Shown one piece after another: positions 11,106-19,982 of a stretch of 29,625 nucleotides of DNA. The stretch comes from an uncultured Lachnospiraceae bacterium. Lineage in GTDB: Bacteria; Bacillota; Clostridia; Lachnospirales; Lachnospiraceae. A program made the position numbers and the translations under genes. Below the pieces are notes generated by a model, which was given only the letters and a program-made list of their open reading frames with translations, was not told where the DNA came from and did no database searches. The stretch's first letter is position 1. Every line of letters begins with the position of its first letter. The stretch lies in NCBI GenBank assembly GCA_905236925.1, contig CAJOQS010000162.1, forward strand, positions 1-29,625, written 5' to 3'.

Positions 11106-11175
11106 TTTTTGCGAACATCGACATGTTCGCATGAGTGTTGCGGATAGCGGTTCCGCAGCGGATTGAGAGGTAAAA

Positions 11176-12519
11176 TTGAATATCCTGTTTTTAACCCAGG
11201 TATCCGGTTTTTTAAAGCCCTTTGCCTGGATAATGGGAGTTATTCTTGACGCAATCTACAGATTTGTCGGCTTGTTCGGAATACATAATCTTGCATTATG
11301 TATCTTCTTATTTACATTTGTAGTTAAAATGCTTATGCTGCCCCTGACGATCAAGCAGCAGAAATTCACGAGACTCTCTTCGAAAATGAATCCTGAACTT
11401 ACCAAGATTCAGGAAAAGTATAAGGGCAAAAAAGACGAAGATTCAATGAGACGCCAGCAGGCGGAAACTCAGGAAGTATATGCCAAGTATGGCACAAATC
11501 CCATGGGCGGATGTCTTCCTCTTCTTATCTCACTGCCCATTATGTTCGCACTTTACCGCGTTATCTACGCAATCCCGGCTTATGTCGGTGAAGTCGGCGA
11601 GTGGTACGGTACCGTTGCCGATGCAATCATTAACGGCAATGCAACAGGACATGCCGATGCGATCGCTGCATTTATTTCGGATAACGGCATCAAGGTTACC
11701 AGTAATCTTACTACTTATGCTGTAGGCTCTGCCGAGTACAGAAACAGCCTTATCGATATCCTTGCAAAGTTTTCCACCGCGAACTGGGATGCTTTTTTCC
11801 AGACTTCGTCATTTGCAGGGATCAAGGGTGTCTGTGAAGGCGTAGTTGCCAATATTATCAAGGCTAACAACCTTTTCGGACTGAACATTCTTGATACGCC
11901 CAATTTCAAGATTATCTGGTCACTGATAATTCCTGTTCTTGCAGTAGTTACCCAGATGATCCAGACCAAGCTTGCAACTGCGAATCAGCCTCAGCCTAAG
12001 AAGAACAGCGACAGCCCCATGGCCAACTCCATGCAGAGCATGAATACGATCATGCCTATTATGTCAGGTGTGTTCTGTCTCATGCTTCCCATCGGTGTAG
12101 GCATTTACTGGATCGCTTCTGCACTGTTCACCATCCTTCAGACCATATTTATCAATCGTTACCTTGACAAGGTCGACATTGATGCGATGATCGAGAAGAA
12201 TGTCGAGAAAGCAAACAAGAGAAAAGAAAAGCTCGGAGTCGTATATGACAACAAGATGGCCGAGGTAGCCAAGAAGTCTACCAAGACCTACGATAATACC
12301 GCTTACGACAACACCGAATACAAAAAGAACAACAAGCGTAAATCCGGCAGTGGTTCTGATTATCAGCGCAGCACGGTTTCATACAGTTCATCCTCTATTG
12401 CGGCCAACGCAAATCTTCTGAGGTCACGTTCCGATGACGGCAAGAAGACCATTGAACTGAACGCCAGCATTGAAACCAAGGATAACAAGGATTCTGCTGA
12501 GGAAGGAACAAAAGAATAA
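11176..12519 (+). CDS. yidC: YidC/Oxa1 family membrane protein insertase
   Basis: LLPL-type TM followed by QQKF..MNPEL..IQEKYKG, NPMGGCLPLLI..PIMFALY, GVGIYWI; position after yidD; TTG start. Confidence 0.96.
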   Translation: MNILFLTQVSGFLKPFAWIMGVILDAIYRFVGLFGIHNLALCIFLFTFVVKMLMLPLTIKQQKFTRLSSKMNPELTKIQEKYKGKKDEDSMRRQQAETQEVYAKYGTNPMGGCLPLLISLPIMFALYRVIYAIPAYVGEVGEWYGTVADAIINGNATGHADAIAAFISDNGIKVTSNLTTYAVGSAEYRNSLIDILAKFSTANWDAFFQTSSFAGIKGVCEGVVANIIKANNLFGLNILDTPNFKIIWSLIIPVLAVVTQMIQTKLATANQPQPKKNSDSPMANSMQSMNTIMPIMSGVFCLMLPIGVGIYWIASALFTILQTIFINRYLDKVDIDAMIEKNVEKANKRKEKLGVVYDNKMAEVAKKSTKTYDNTAYDNTEYKKNNKRKSGSGSDYQRSTVSYSSSSIAANANLLRSRSDDGKKTIELNASIETKDNKDSAEEGTKE

Positions 12520-13382
12520 TGGAAGAGTGGAAGGAATATACAGGCAAAACGGTTGAGGAAGCTCTTGAGACCGCGCTTGCCGAGCTTGAAACTACCGCTG
12601 ACAAGGTTGTTTACGAGGTAGTTGAAGAAGCCAGCACAGGGTTCCTTGGACTTGGCAAGAAGCCCGCAGTTATCAGGCTCCAGAAAAAAGAAATCAAGCC
12701 TGAAGAGATAGCTAAAACCTTTATCATCAATGTACTTGGAGCCATGGATATCCAGGCAGAGGTTGAAGTTACAAATAACGAGGAAACCGAGACTCTGGAG
12801 GTTCAGATCGTCGGAGACGACATGGGCATCCTTATCGGAAAGAGGGGTCAGACCCTTGACTCGCTTCAGTATCTTGCTTCTCTTGCAGTTACAAAGGAAA
12901 CCGGCAAGTATGTAAAGGTTAAGCTTGATACCGAGAACTATCGCGAAAGACGCAAGGAAACACTTGAAAACCTTGCAAAGAATATCGCTTCAAGAGTTAA
13001 GAAATATCGCAAGCAGGTTGCTCTTGAGCCCATGAATCCCTACGAAAGAAGGATCATTCATTCGGCACTTCAGAACGACAAGTATGTTGAGACCTTCAGT
13101 GAGGGTGAAGAGCCGCACAGAAAGGTTATCGTTGCTCTTAAAAAGGGCGTTGTGTTAGAGGATAAAAAGCGCGGCGGACGTTACGGAAACAGGCGCTTTG
13201 ATTCCAGAAACAACACCAAGAAGGTCAGCAGCAGCCGCGAATTTCATAAGAAGTACGGTGCTGATACCAAGGACTACAGCACTGACTACAAGAAGGATTA
13301 TGCAGATTACTTAGAGTCTAAGGCAGCAGCGAAGGCGGCAGCCGAGGCACAGGCAAAGGCTGAAGCTTCTACGGAGTCGTAA
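12519..13382 (+). CDS. jag: RNA-binding protein Jag/KhpB (EloR): Jag_N, KH, R3H
   Basis: GKTVEEA..A, GFLGLGKKPA, LIGKRGQTLDSLQYL, LEPMNPYERRIIHSALQ, SEGEEPHRKV; start overlaps yidC stop (TAATG). Confidence 0.97.
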   Translation: MEEWKEYTGKTVEEALETALAELETTADKVVYEVVEEASTGFLGLGKKPAVIRLQKKEIKPEEIAKTFIINVLGAMDIQAEVEVTNNEETETLEVQIVGDDMGILIGKRGQTLDSLQYLASLAVTKETGKYVKVKLDTENYRERRKETLENLAKNIASRVKKYRKQVALEPMNPYERRIIHSALQNDKYVETFSEGEEPHRKVIVALKKGVVLEDKKRGGRYGNRRFDSRNNTKKVSSSREFHKKYGADTKDYSTDYKKDYADYLESKAAAKAAAEAQAKAEASTES

Positions 13383-13389
13383 TTATTTG

Positions 13390-13425
13390 AGGGGCTGCCG
13401 CACTCGGTGCGACAACCCCTTTTTT
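13390..13425 (+). terminator. Intrinsic terminator after jag
   Basis: AGGGGCTGCCGCAC-TCG-GTGCGACAACCCCT (two mismatches) followed by a T-tract. Confidence 0.75.
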
Positions 13426-13454
13426 GCATCTAATACAATAGAGGAGGATGACCT

Positions 13455-14837
13455 GTGAAGAACGATACTATCGCGGCAATTGCTTCCGGAATGTCCGGAA
13501 GTGCGGGAATCAGCATCATTAGAATAAGCGGCGAAGACTCCTTTATTATTGCTGACCGACTATTCAGGTCTGTTTCCGGAAAAACGGTCAGTCAGATGGA
13601 ATCTTTCAAGGCCGCTTACGGTCACATCGAGTATGAAGGACGCATTCTTGATGAAGTCCTTCTTATTAAGATGAAGGCTCCTCACACATATACAAGAGAG
13701 GATGTTGTGGAAATAGATTGTCACGGCGGAATCGTTGTGACAAAGGCAGTTCTTGAAGCCGTTCTTGCATCCGGCGCAAGGCCCGCCGAACCCGGAGAGT
13801 TTACCAAAAGAGCTTTTCTTAACGGAAGAATCGATCTGTCCCAGGCTGAAGCGGTCAGCGATATCATTTCCGCAAAAAGCCGTATTGCCCTGAATAATTC
13901 GGTGAAGCAGCTCCGCGGTGATGTCAGGGAAAAGATAGCTGCTCTCCGTGAGAGGATCATTTCCAAAACCGCATTCATAGAAGCTGCGCTTGACGATCCG
14001 GAGCATTATTCTCTTGATGGATTTCCCGATGAACTTAAGAAAGAATTGGCCTCAATTCTCGGCGAGATCAACGTACTTATTAATTCCAACGACAACGGTA
14101 GAATAATCAAAGAGGGCATAAACACTGTATTTCTCGGACGTCCCAACGCAGGCAAGTCATCTCTGCTGAATGTGATAATCGGACACGAGCGAGCAATCGT
14201 TACCGAAATCGCGGGAACTACAAGAGACACTCTTGAAGAAACTGTTCTGCTCGACGGACTTGTTTTGAATATCATTGATACCGCAGGAATATGCGATACG
14301 GATGACGTGATCGAGAAGATCGGTGTCGATAAGGCCCGGAAGGCAGCCGCTGAAGCGGACCTCATCCTGTATATCATCGATTCGACCGCCGGCCTGTCCG
14401 ATAAGGATTTTGAAATTCTTGACAGCATAAAAGAAAAGAAACTTATACTTCTTATTAATAAAACTGATATTGCAAGTCCCGAACCCGAAAACCTGGTTTC
14501 GGCCGTCAGAAAGATCAATGCTCCCGCACTTGCGGTTTCTGCCGTTACCGGTGAAGGTATCGATGATCTTAAACGCTATATCGTTGATATGTTTTTTAAC
14601 GGCAAGCTTGATTATAATGATGAGATCTACATCACCAACCTCCGACATAAGGATCTTCTGATGAAAGCTGCCGATTCGCTGAATTCCGTGATCGACGGAA
14701 TCGATTCGGGATTGAGCGAGGATTTTTATACCGGTGATCTGATGGCGGCCTACACCTCACTCGGGCTGATAACCGGCGATAATGTTGAAGATGATCTGGC
14801 AGACAGGATCTTCAGTGAGTTCTGTATGGGAAAATAG
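13455..14837 (+). CDS. mnmE: tRNA U34 modification GTPase MnmE (TrmE)
   Basis: DTIAAIAS, YTREDVVEIDCHGG, PGEFTKRAFLNGRIDLSQAEAV, GRPNAGKSS, AGTTRD, DTAG, NKTD, C-terminal FCMGK; GTG start with GGAGG. Confidence 0.99.
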   Translation: MKNDTIAAIASGMSGSAGISIIRISGEDSFIIADRLFRSVSGKTVSQMESFKAAYGHIEYEGRILDEVLLIKMKAPHTYTREDVVEIDCHGGIVVTKAVLEAVLASGARPAEPGEFTKRAFLNGRIDLSQAEAVSDIISAKSRIALNNSVKQLRGDVREKIAALRERIISKTAFIEAALDDPEHYSLDGFPDELKKELASILGEINVLINSNDNGRIIKEGINTVFLGRPNAGKSSLLNVIIGHERAIVTEIAGTTRDTLEETVLLDGLVLNIIDTAGICDTDDVIEKIGVDKARKAAAEADLILYIIDSTAGLSDKDFEILDSIKEKKLILLINKTDIASPEPENLVSAVRKINAPALAVSAVTGEGIDDLKRYIVDMFFNGKLDYNDEIYITNLRHKDLLMKAADSLNSVIDGIDSGLSEDFYTGDLMAAYTSLGLITGDNVEDDLADRIFSEFCMGK

Positions 14838-14887
14838 TTGCTGTTCACCGGTGAATAGCACGTCGAATTATTTAGAGAGAGTTAATT

Positions 14888-16777
14888 ATGATTTATCCTT
14901 CTTATGATGTAGCGGTCATCGGTGCCGGACATGCCGGATGTGAGGCTGCTCTTGCCTGTGCGAGGCTCGGTCTGAAAACAATAGTTTTTACCGTAAGTGT
15001 CGACAGTATAGCCATGATGCCCTGCAATCCCAATGTCGGAGGAACCTCAAAGGGTCATCTTGTCCGTGAGATCGACGCTCTCGGCGGTGAGATGGGAAAG
15101 AATATCGACAGAACCTTTATACAGTCGAAAATGCTGAATACTTCAAAAGGTCCCGCTGTTCATTCGCTTCGCGCCCAGGCCGATAAGAAGAATTACTCCG
15201 CAGAAATGAGGAAAATCCTCGAAAAAACCGACAATCTCGTTATACGTCAGGACGAGGTCTCCGAGATCGTTGTTGAAAAAACAGAAGAAGGCGGAAGCTC
15301 TGTAAGAAGAGTGACCGGAGTTAAGACCTGCTCCGGAAATCTTTATCCCTGCAGATCTGCTATCCTCTGTACAGGTGTATATCTGAAGGCCCGCTGCATT
15401 ACCGGTGAAATGAGCACCTATACCGGACCCAACGGTCTTCCTGCAGCGAATCACCTGACTCAGTCACTTATTGATCTCGGTATTGAAGTACGCCGCTTTA
15501 AGACAGGAACTCCCGCGCGTATTGACGGACGCACCATAGATTACTCGAAAATGGAGGAGCAGAAGGGTGACGAGAAGATAGTTCCCTTCTCCTTTTCAAA
15601 CAAGAGAAGCGATATTGAACGTGATCAGGTCAGCTGCTGGCTGACATATACCAACAGTGAAACGCATAGGATAATCCGGGAAAATATTGACCGTTCGCCG
15701 TTATTTTCCGGAATGATAGAGGGTGTCGGGCCGCGTTACTGTCCTTCTATCGAAGACAAGGTCATGCGCTTTGCCGACAAGGAGAGGCATCAGGTTTTCA
15801 TCGAACCCGAGGGCCTTTATACCAACGAAATGTATATTTCCGGAATGTCCAGCAGTCTTCCCGAGGATGTGCAGTACGAAATGTACCGTTCTGTTCCGGG
15901 TCTTGAAAATGCTGTGATCGTTCGAAACGCCTATGCGATCGAATATGATTGCATTAATGCCACCCAGTTGAAGGCAAGTCTTGAGTTTAAGGATATTGAA
16001 GGTCTGTTCAGCGCCGGTCAGTCAAACGGAAGCTCCGGTTATGAAGAGGCAGCAGCGCAGGGTATCATTGCCGGAATCAATTCTGCCATGAAGCTGCTGG
16101 GCCGTGAACCTTTGATCCTTGACAGGTCTGATGCATATATCGGAGTTCTGATCGATGATCTCGTTACCAAGGAAACCGCCGAGCCCTACAGAATGATGAC
16201 ATCCCGTGCCGAATACCGTCTGCTTCTTAGGCAGGATAATGCCGATCTTCGTTTATATGAGTACGGTCACAGAGTCGGTCTGCTTTCCGATGATCGCTAT
16301 GAAGCCGTTATAAATAAGAAGAAGATCATTGAGTCGGAGATTGAGAGACTTAATTCTACAACTGTAGGCACAACTGAAACTATACAGCACTTTCTTAGAG
16401 CACATGACAGTACTGAGCTTACATCGGGCTCGACATTGGCTGAACTTGTCAGAAGACCTGAACTGTCATATGAAGCTATCGCAGATATCGATCCCGGCAG
16501 ACCCGTTGTTGAAGAGGATGTTGCCGAACAGATCAACATTGAAGTTAAATATGAAGGTTATATCAACAGGCAGCGATTACAGGTGGATCAGTTCAGAAAG
16601 CTTGAGAAGAAGCTGATCCCTGCGGATATCGATTATGATGATGTTCCGTCTCTTCGTATCGAGGCCAGACAGAAGCTAAAAAAGTTCTGTCCCGTTTCGA
16701 TCGGACAGGCATCAAGAATATCCGGAGTTTCTCCTGCTGATATCAGTGTTCTTCTTGTTTTTCTTGGCAGGAAATAA
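14888..16777 (+). CDS. mnmG: tRNA U34 modification enzyme MnmG (GidA)
   Basis: [85 protein letters not shown]. Confidence 0.99.
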   Translation: MIYPSYDVAVIGAGHAGCEAALACARLGLKTIVFTVSVDSIAMMPCNPNVGGTSKGHLVREIDALGGEMGKNIDRTFIQSKMLNTSKGPAVHSLRAQADKKNYSAEMRKILEKTDNLVIRQDEVSEIVVEKTEEGGSSVRRVTGVKTCSGNLYPCRSAILCTGVYLKARCITGEMSTYTGPNGLPAANHLTQSLIDLGIEVRRFKTGTPARIDGRTIDYSKMEEQKGDEKIVPFSFSNKRSDIERDQVSCWLTYTNSETHRIIRENIDRSPLFSGMIEGVGPRYCPSIEDKVMRFADKERHQVFIEPEGLYTNEMYISGMSSSLPEDVQYEMYRSVPGLENAVIVRNAYAIEYDCINATQLKASLEFKDIEGLFSAGQSNGSSGYEEAAAQGIIAGINSAMKLLGREPLILDRSDAYIGVLIDDLVTKETAEPYRMMTSRAEYRLLLRQDNADLRLYEYGHRVGLLSDDRYEAVINKKKIIESEIERLNSTTVGTTETIQHFLRAHDSTELTSGSTLAELVRRPELSYEAIADIDPGRPVVEEDVAEQINIEVKYEGYINRQRLQVDQFRKLEKKLIPADIDYDDVPSLRIEARQKLKKFCPVSIGQASRISGVSPADISVLLVFLGRK

Positions 16778-16798
16778 TAATTTGCAGCGGAGGTTTAT

Positions 16799-17515
16799 AT
16801 GGAGAAACGTGACTATCTTATCAGTTGTCTTTCTCAAAACGAAATACCCTGCACCGATATCCAGGCTGATAAGCTGATACGTTTCTATGAAATGCTCATA
16901 GAAAAAAATAAGGTTATGAACCTTACAGCCATTACCGATTATGAGGATGTTGTCGTAAAGCATTTTGCTGACAGTCTTACAGTTAACAGAATTATCGATC
17001 TGAGCAGTCAGAGATTGATAGATGTCGGAACCGGAGCCGGATTTCCCGGAATTCCCTTAAAGATTATTTATCCGGATCTGAAAGTTACATTGCTTGACTC
17101 TCTTAATAAGAGACTCGTTTTTTTGAATGAAGTGATCGATGAGCTTGGCTTGAAGGGAATTGAAACTGTTCATTATCGTGCGGAAGAAGCCGCCCGTCTT
17201 GAAAAGTATCGTGAGAATTATGATGTTGTTGTATCGCGTGCTGTTGCAAATCTTTCTACTCTTGTAGAATATTGTCTCCCTTTTGCTTCTGTTGGTGGTT
17301 GCTTTATTTCCTATAAGGGTGAAAAGGCACAGGAAGAAGTTGATGCGGCTTCCACCGCGATCAGAGTTCTCGGAGGTAAATTATCTTCTGCTCAATACTT
17401 TACTCTAAACGGTAGCTCCTATGATCGTGCATTAATTCGAATAGATAAGGTTTCGTACACTCTAGCTAAGTATCCTCGGCAGGGTGGTAAGCCTTCATCC
17501 TCTCCGATTACTTGA
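16799..17515 (+). CDS. rsmG: 16S rRNA m7G527 methyltransferase RsmG (GidB)
   Basis: NKVMNLTAI, KHFADSL, DVGTGAGFPGIPL, LDSLNKR, RAE, VVSRAVA, YPRQGGKP. Confidence 0.98.
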   Translation: MEKRDYLISCLSQNEIPCTDIQADKLIRFYEMLIEKNKVMNLTAITDYEDVVVKHFADSLTVNRIIDLSSQRLIDVGTGAGFPGIPLKIIYPDLKVTLLDSLNKRLVFLNEVIDELGLKGIETVHYRAEEAARLEKYRENYDVVVSRAVANLSTLVEYCLPFASVGGCFISYKGEKAQEEVDAASTAIRVLGGKLSSAQYFTLNGSSYDRALIRIDKVSYTLAKYPRQGGKPSSSPIT

Positions 17516-17539
17516 AATTTATTTGTTTTCGTATTACAA

Positions 17540-17555
17540 TGTTTCACGTGAAACA
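17540..17555. promoter_or_regulatory. parS: parS centromere-like site 1
   Basis: Perfect palindrome TGTTTCACGTGAAACA, matching the ParB/Spo0J consensus; extends to AATGTTTCACGTGAAACATT. Confidence 0.97.
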
Positions 17556-17584
17556 TTTTTGATTCAAAATCACAAACATCCAAA

Positions 17585-17600
17585 TGTTTCACGTGAAACA
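17585..17600. promoter_or_regulatory. parS: parS centromere-like site 2
   Basis: Second identical TGTTTCACGTGAAACA, 45 nt start-to-start from site 1, just upstream of parA. Confidence 0.97.
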
Positions 17601-17660
17601 TTGACTATATGTATCAGTAGCATAAGCTAAATTCAAACTGATACATCGACAAGGATATCA

Positions 17661-18470
17661 ATGGGTAAAATAATAGCAATAGCAAACCAAAAAGGTGGAG
17701 TAGGAAAAACCACATCAACAATAAATCTTTCAGCTGCACTTGCTCTGAAAGGAATGCGTGTACTTGTCGTTGACTGTGATCCACAGGGAAATGCAACGAG
17801 TGGACTCGGAATTGAAAAGAGCGAAATAGAGAATACAGTCTACGAACTCATGATAGGAGACTGCGAAACAGAACAGTGCATCTGTGAAAGTGCAGTCACA
17901 AATCTTAAAGTAATACCCTCCAATGTAAACCTTGCCGGAGCAGAGATAGAACTAATAGGAATGAACAACAAAGAATTCATTCTGAAGGATGCTCTGAGCA
18001 AACTGAAGGATGAATACGACTATATTATGATAGACTGTCCTCCTTCACTCAATATTCTGACCGTTAATGCATTGGCAGCAGCAGATGCAGTACTGATAAC
18101 GATCCAGTGTGAATTCTATGCTTTGGAAGGTCTTTCACAACTGATCCATACTATCGAACTTGTTAAGGCAAGACTGAATCCGGGACTGGTTATCGACGGT
18201 GGAGTATTCACAATGTACGATTCGAGAACCAATCTCTCAAATCAGGTTGTAGAGAATGTTAAGAACAATCTGGAACAGAATATCTACAAGACAATGATAC
18301 CGAGAAATGTCAGACTCGCAGAAGCACCGAGCTACGGACTTCCAATCTGTATGTATGATCCCAAGTCTGCAGGAGCGGAAGCATATAACAATCTGGCGGA
18401 TGAAATACTTGTACGTGACGGCAAAAAGAAAGCCGGAACAAGAAAAATTATCAGGAAAACAAAGAACTGA
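17661..18470 (+). CDS. parA: Chromosome partitioning ATPase ParA/Soj
   Basis: IAIANQKGGVGKTT (deviant Walker A), DCDPQGNATSG, IDCPPSL, QCEFYALEGL, IPRNVRLAEAPSYG. Confidence 0.99.
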   Translation: MGKIIAIANQKGGVGKTTSTINLSAALALKGMRVLVVDCDPQGNATSGLGIEKSEIENTVYELMIGDCETEQCICESAVTNLKVIPSNVNLAGAEIELIGMNNKEFILKDALSKLKDEYDYIMIDCPPSLNILTVNALAAADAVLITIQCEFYALEGLSQLIHTIELVKARLNPGLVIDGGVFTMYDSRTNLSNQVVENVKNNLEQNIYKTMIPRNVRLAEAPSYGLPICMYDPKSAGAEAYNNLADEILVRDGKKKAGTRKIIRKTKN

Positions 18471-18549
18471 GAAGAGCAATTATAGGCCAAATCAAGATAT
18501 AGTATACAGAACGATAAAAAGGCACAAAATACTGTAAAGGAGAAATAAG

Positions 18550-19443
18550 ATGGCAGTTAAGCGCGGATTGGGAAAGGGACTTGATGCAATGATAAGCAAG
18601 AAGAACGTCCCCGAGACAGAGAACACTGAGACAGAGGCAACAACCGGAGAGACTCTGGTGAGCATTAATCAGATCGACACCAATCAGGATCAGCCCAGAA
18701 AGGCCTTCAATCAGGAAAGGCTGAACGAACTGGCGGATTCGATCAAGCAACATGGTATAGTTGAACCTCTGATCCTTCAGAAGAAGAGCAAGAACCGTTA
18801 CGAGATAATCGCAGGAGAGCGCAGGTTCAGGGCCGCAAAGATTGCCAAGCTTAAGGAAGTTCCCGCTATAATCAGAGACTATGAGGACAAGGAAGTAGTC
18901 GAGATAGCACTGATCGAGAATATTCAGCGCGAGGATCTCAACGCGATTGAAGAATCGAACGCTTATCAGAGACTTATGGACGAATACGGCTACCGTCAGG
19001 AAGAGGTTGCTGTAAGAGTATCCAAGAGCAGAGTGGCGATCGCGAATTCACTCCGCCTTCAGAAGCTGGATGAGCGCGTGAAGCTCATGGTCATTGATGA
19101 CGAGATCACCGGAGGACACGCACGCGCACTTCTTGCAATCGAGGATCCCAACCTTCAGTACGAGACGGCAGGCAAGGTTTTTGAGGAAAAGCTCAGTGTC
19201 CGCGAAACGGAAAAGCTCGTAAGGTCGATCACAAAGCCCAAAAAGGATAATCCCAAGGAGAAGAAAGCCCTTGAAGATGACGCAACATATAAAAAATATG
19301 AGAAGAACCTGATCACACTTACCGGATCGAGAGTTGAGATCCAGCGCAAGGATAATGACAAGGGACGGATCATCATAGACTACAACAGCCTGGATGAGTT
19401 TGAAAGGATCTACGAAATAATGATGAAAGGCGGAAAGAACTGA
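18550..19443 (+). CDS. parB: Chromosome partitioning protein ParB/Spo0J
   Basis: KRGLGKGLDA, QPRK.F, GIVEPL, IIAGERRFRA (CTP-binding arginine patch), IENIQREDLN.IEE, KSRVAIANSLRL, GHARALL. Confidence 0.99.
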   Translation: MAVKRGLGKGLDAMISKKNVPETENTETEATTGETLVSINQIDTNQDQPRKAFNQERLNELADSIKQHGIVEPLILQKKSKNRYEIIAGERRFRAAKIAKLKEVPAIIRDYEDKEVVEIALIENIQREDLNAIEESNAYQRLMDEYGYRQEEVAVRVSKSRVAIANSLRLQKLDERVKLMVIDDEITGGHARALLAIEDPNLQYETAGKVFEEKLSVRETEKLVRSITKPKKDNPKEKKALEDDATYKKYEKNLITLTGSRVEIQRKDNDKGRIIIDYNSLDEFERIYEIMMKGGKN

Positions 19444-19961
19444 TGAAGATATTTACATCGATGGGTCTGGATCCTGAAATCGTTTTGCTGAGCATATGTT
19501 GTATAGTATTGATAATGATAATACTATATATTGTTCTTCTGGTTAAGTTTAAGGAATATAAGGCAAACTACAACACCTTTATGCAGGGTAAAGACGGCAA
19601 GGATCTTGAGACTGCGATACTCGAGAAATTTTCGCAGATAGACAAGATCAGCGACCAGGTCGACGTCAATGCCGCAGAGATAGTATCCATCATAGACAAG
19701 ATGAAGTATAACTATCAGAAGTTCAGCATTGTAAAGTACGATGCTTTCAAGGAATGCGGCGGTAAGCTGAGCTTTTCCCTGTGTATGCTCACTGACAACA
19801 ACGATGGTTTTGTAATGACCTCGGTTCACAGCACCAACGAGGGCTGCTATATCTACATCAAGGAGATCATAAAGGGCGAGTCCTATGTACTCCTGAGTGA
19901 AGAAGAAAAGAAGGTCCTTACCGAGGCCAAGACAAGAAAAAGCTGCTTAGACGACAAATAA
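19443..19961 (+). CDS. Conserved hypothetical protein, probably DUF4446 family (N-terminal TM helix, coiled coil)
   Basis: Hydrophobic residues ~13-35; KFSIVKYDAF..CGGKLSFSL..L...DG.V.TS.HS.EG.Y.Y.K pattern and post-parB position recalled for DUF4446; needs HMM confirmation. Confidence 0.8.
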   Translation: MKIFTSMGLDPEIVLLSICCIVLIMIILYIVLLVKFKEYKANYNTFMQGKDGKDLETAILEKFSQIDKISDQVDVNAAEIVSIIDKMKYNYQKFSIVKYDAFKECGGKLSFSLCMLTDNNDGFVMTSVHSTNEGCYIYIKEIIKGESYVLLSEEEKKVLTEAKTRKSCLDDK

Positions 19962-19982
19962 GCGGAATAGCGGGAATAATGA

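Noticed and set aside
13260-13310. DYKKD in Jag resembles a FLAG tag
   Set aside because: Not DYKDDDDK, and embedded in a natural DY-repeat; no sign of engineering.
16013-16060. MnmG motif [17 protein letters not shown] has Ser where Ile/Phe is usual
   Set aside because: That position is variable in the family signature and all key residues are intact.
17538-17602. Two identical 20-bp repeats with a 25-nt spacer as a mini-CRISPR
   Set aside because: The repeats are canonical parS sites next to parAB; no cas genes.
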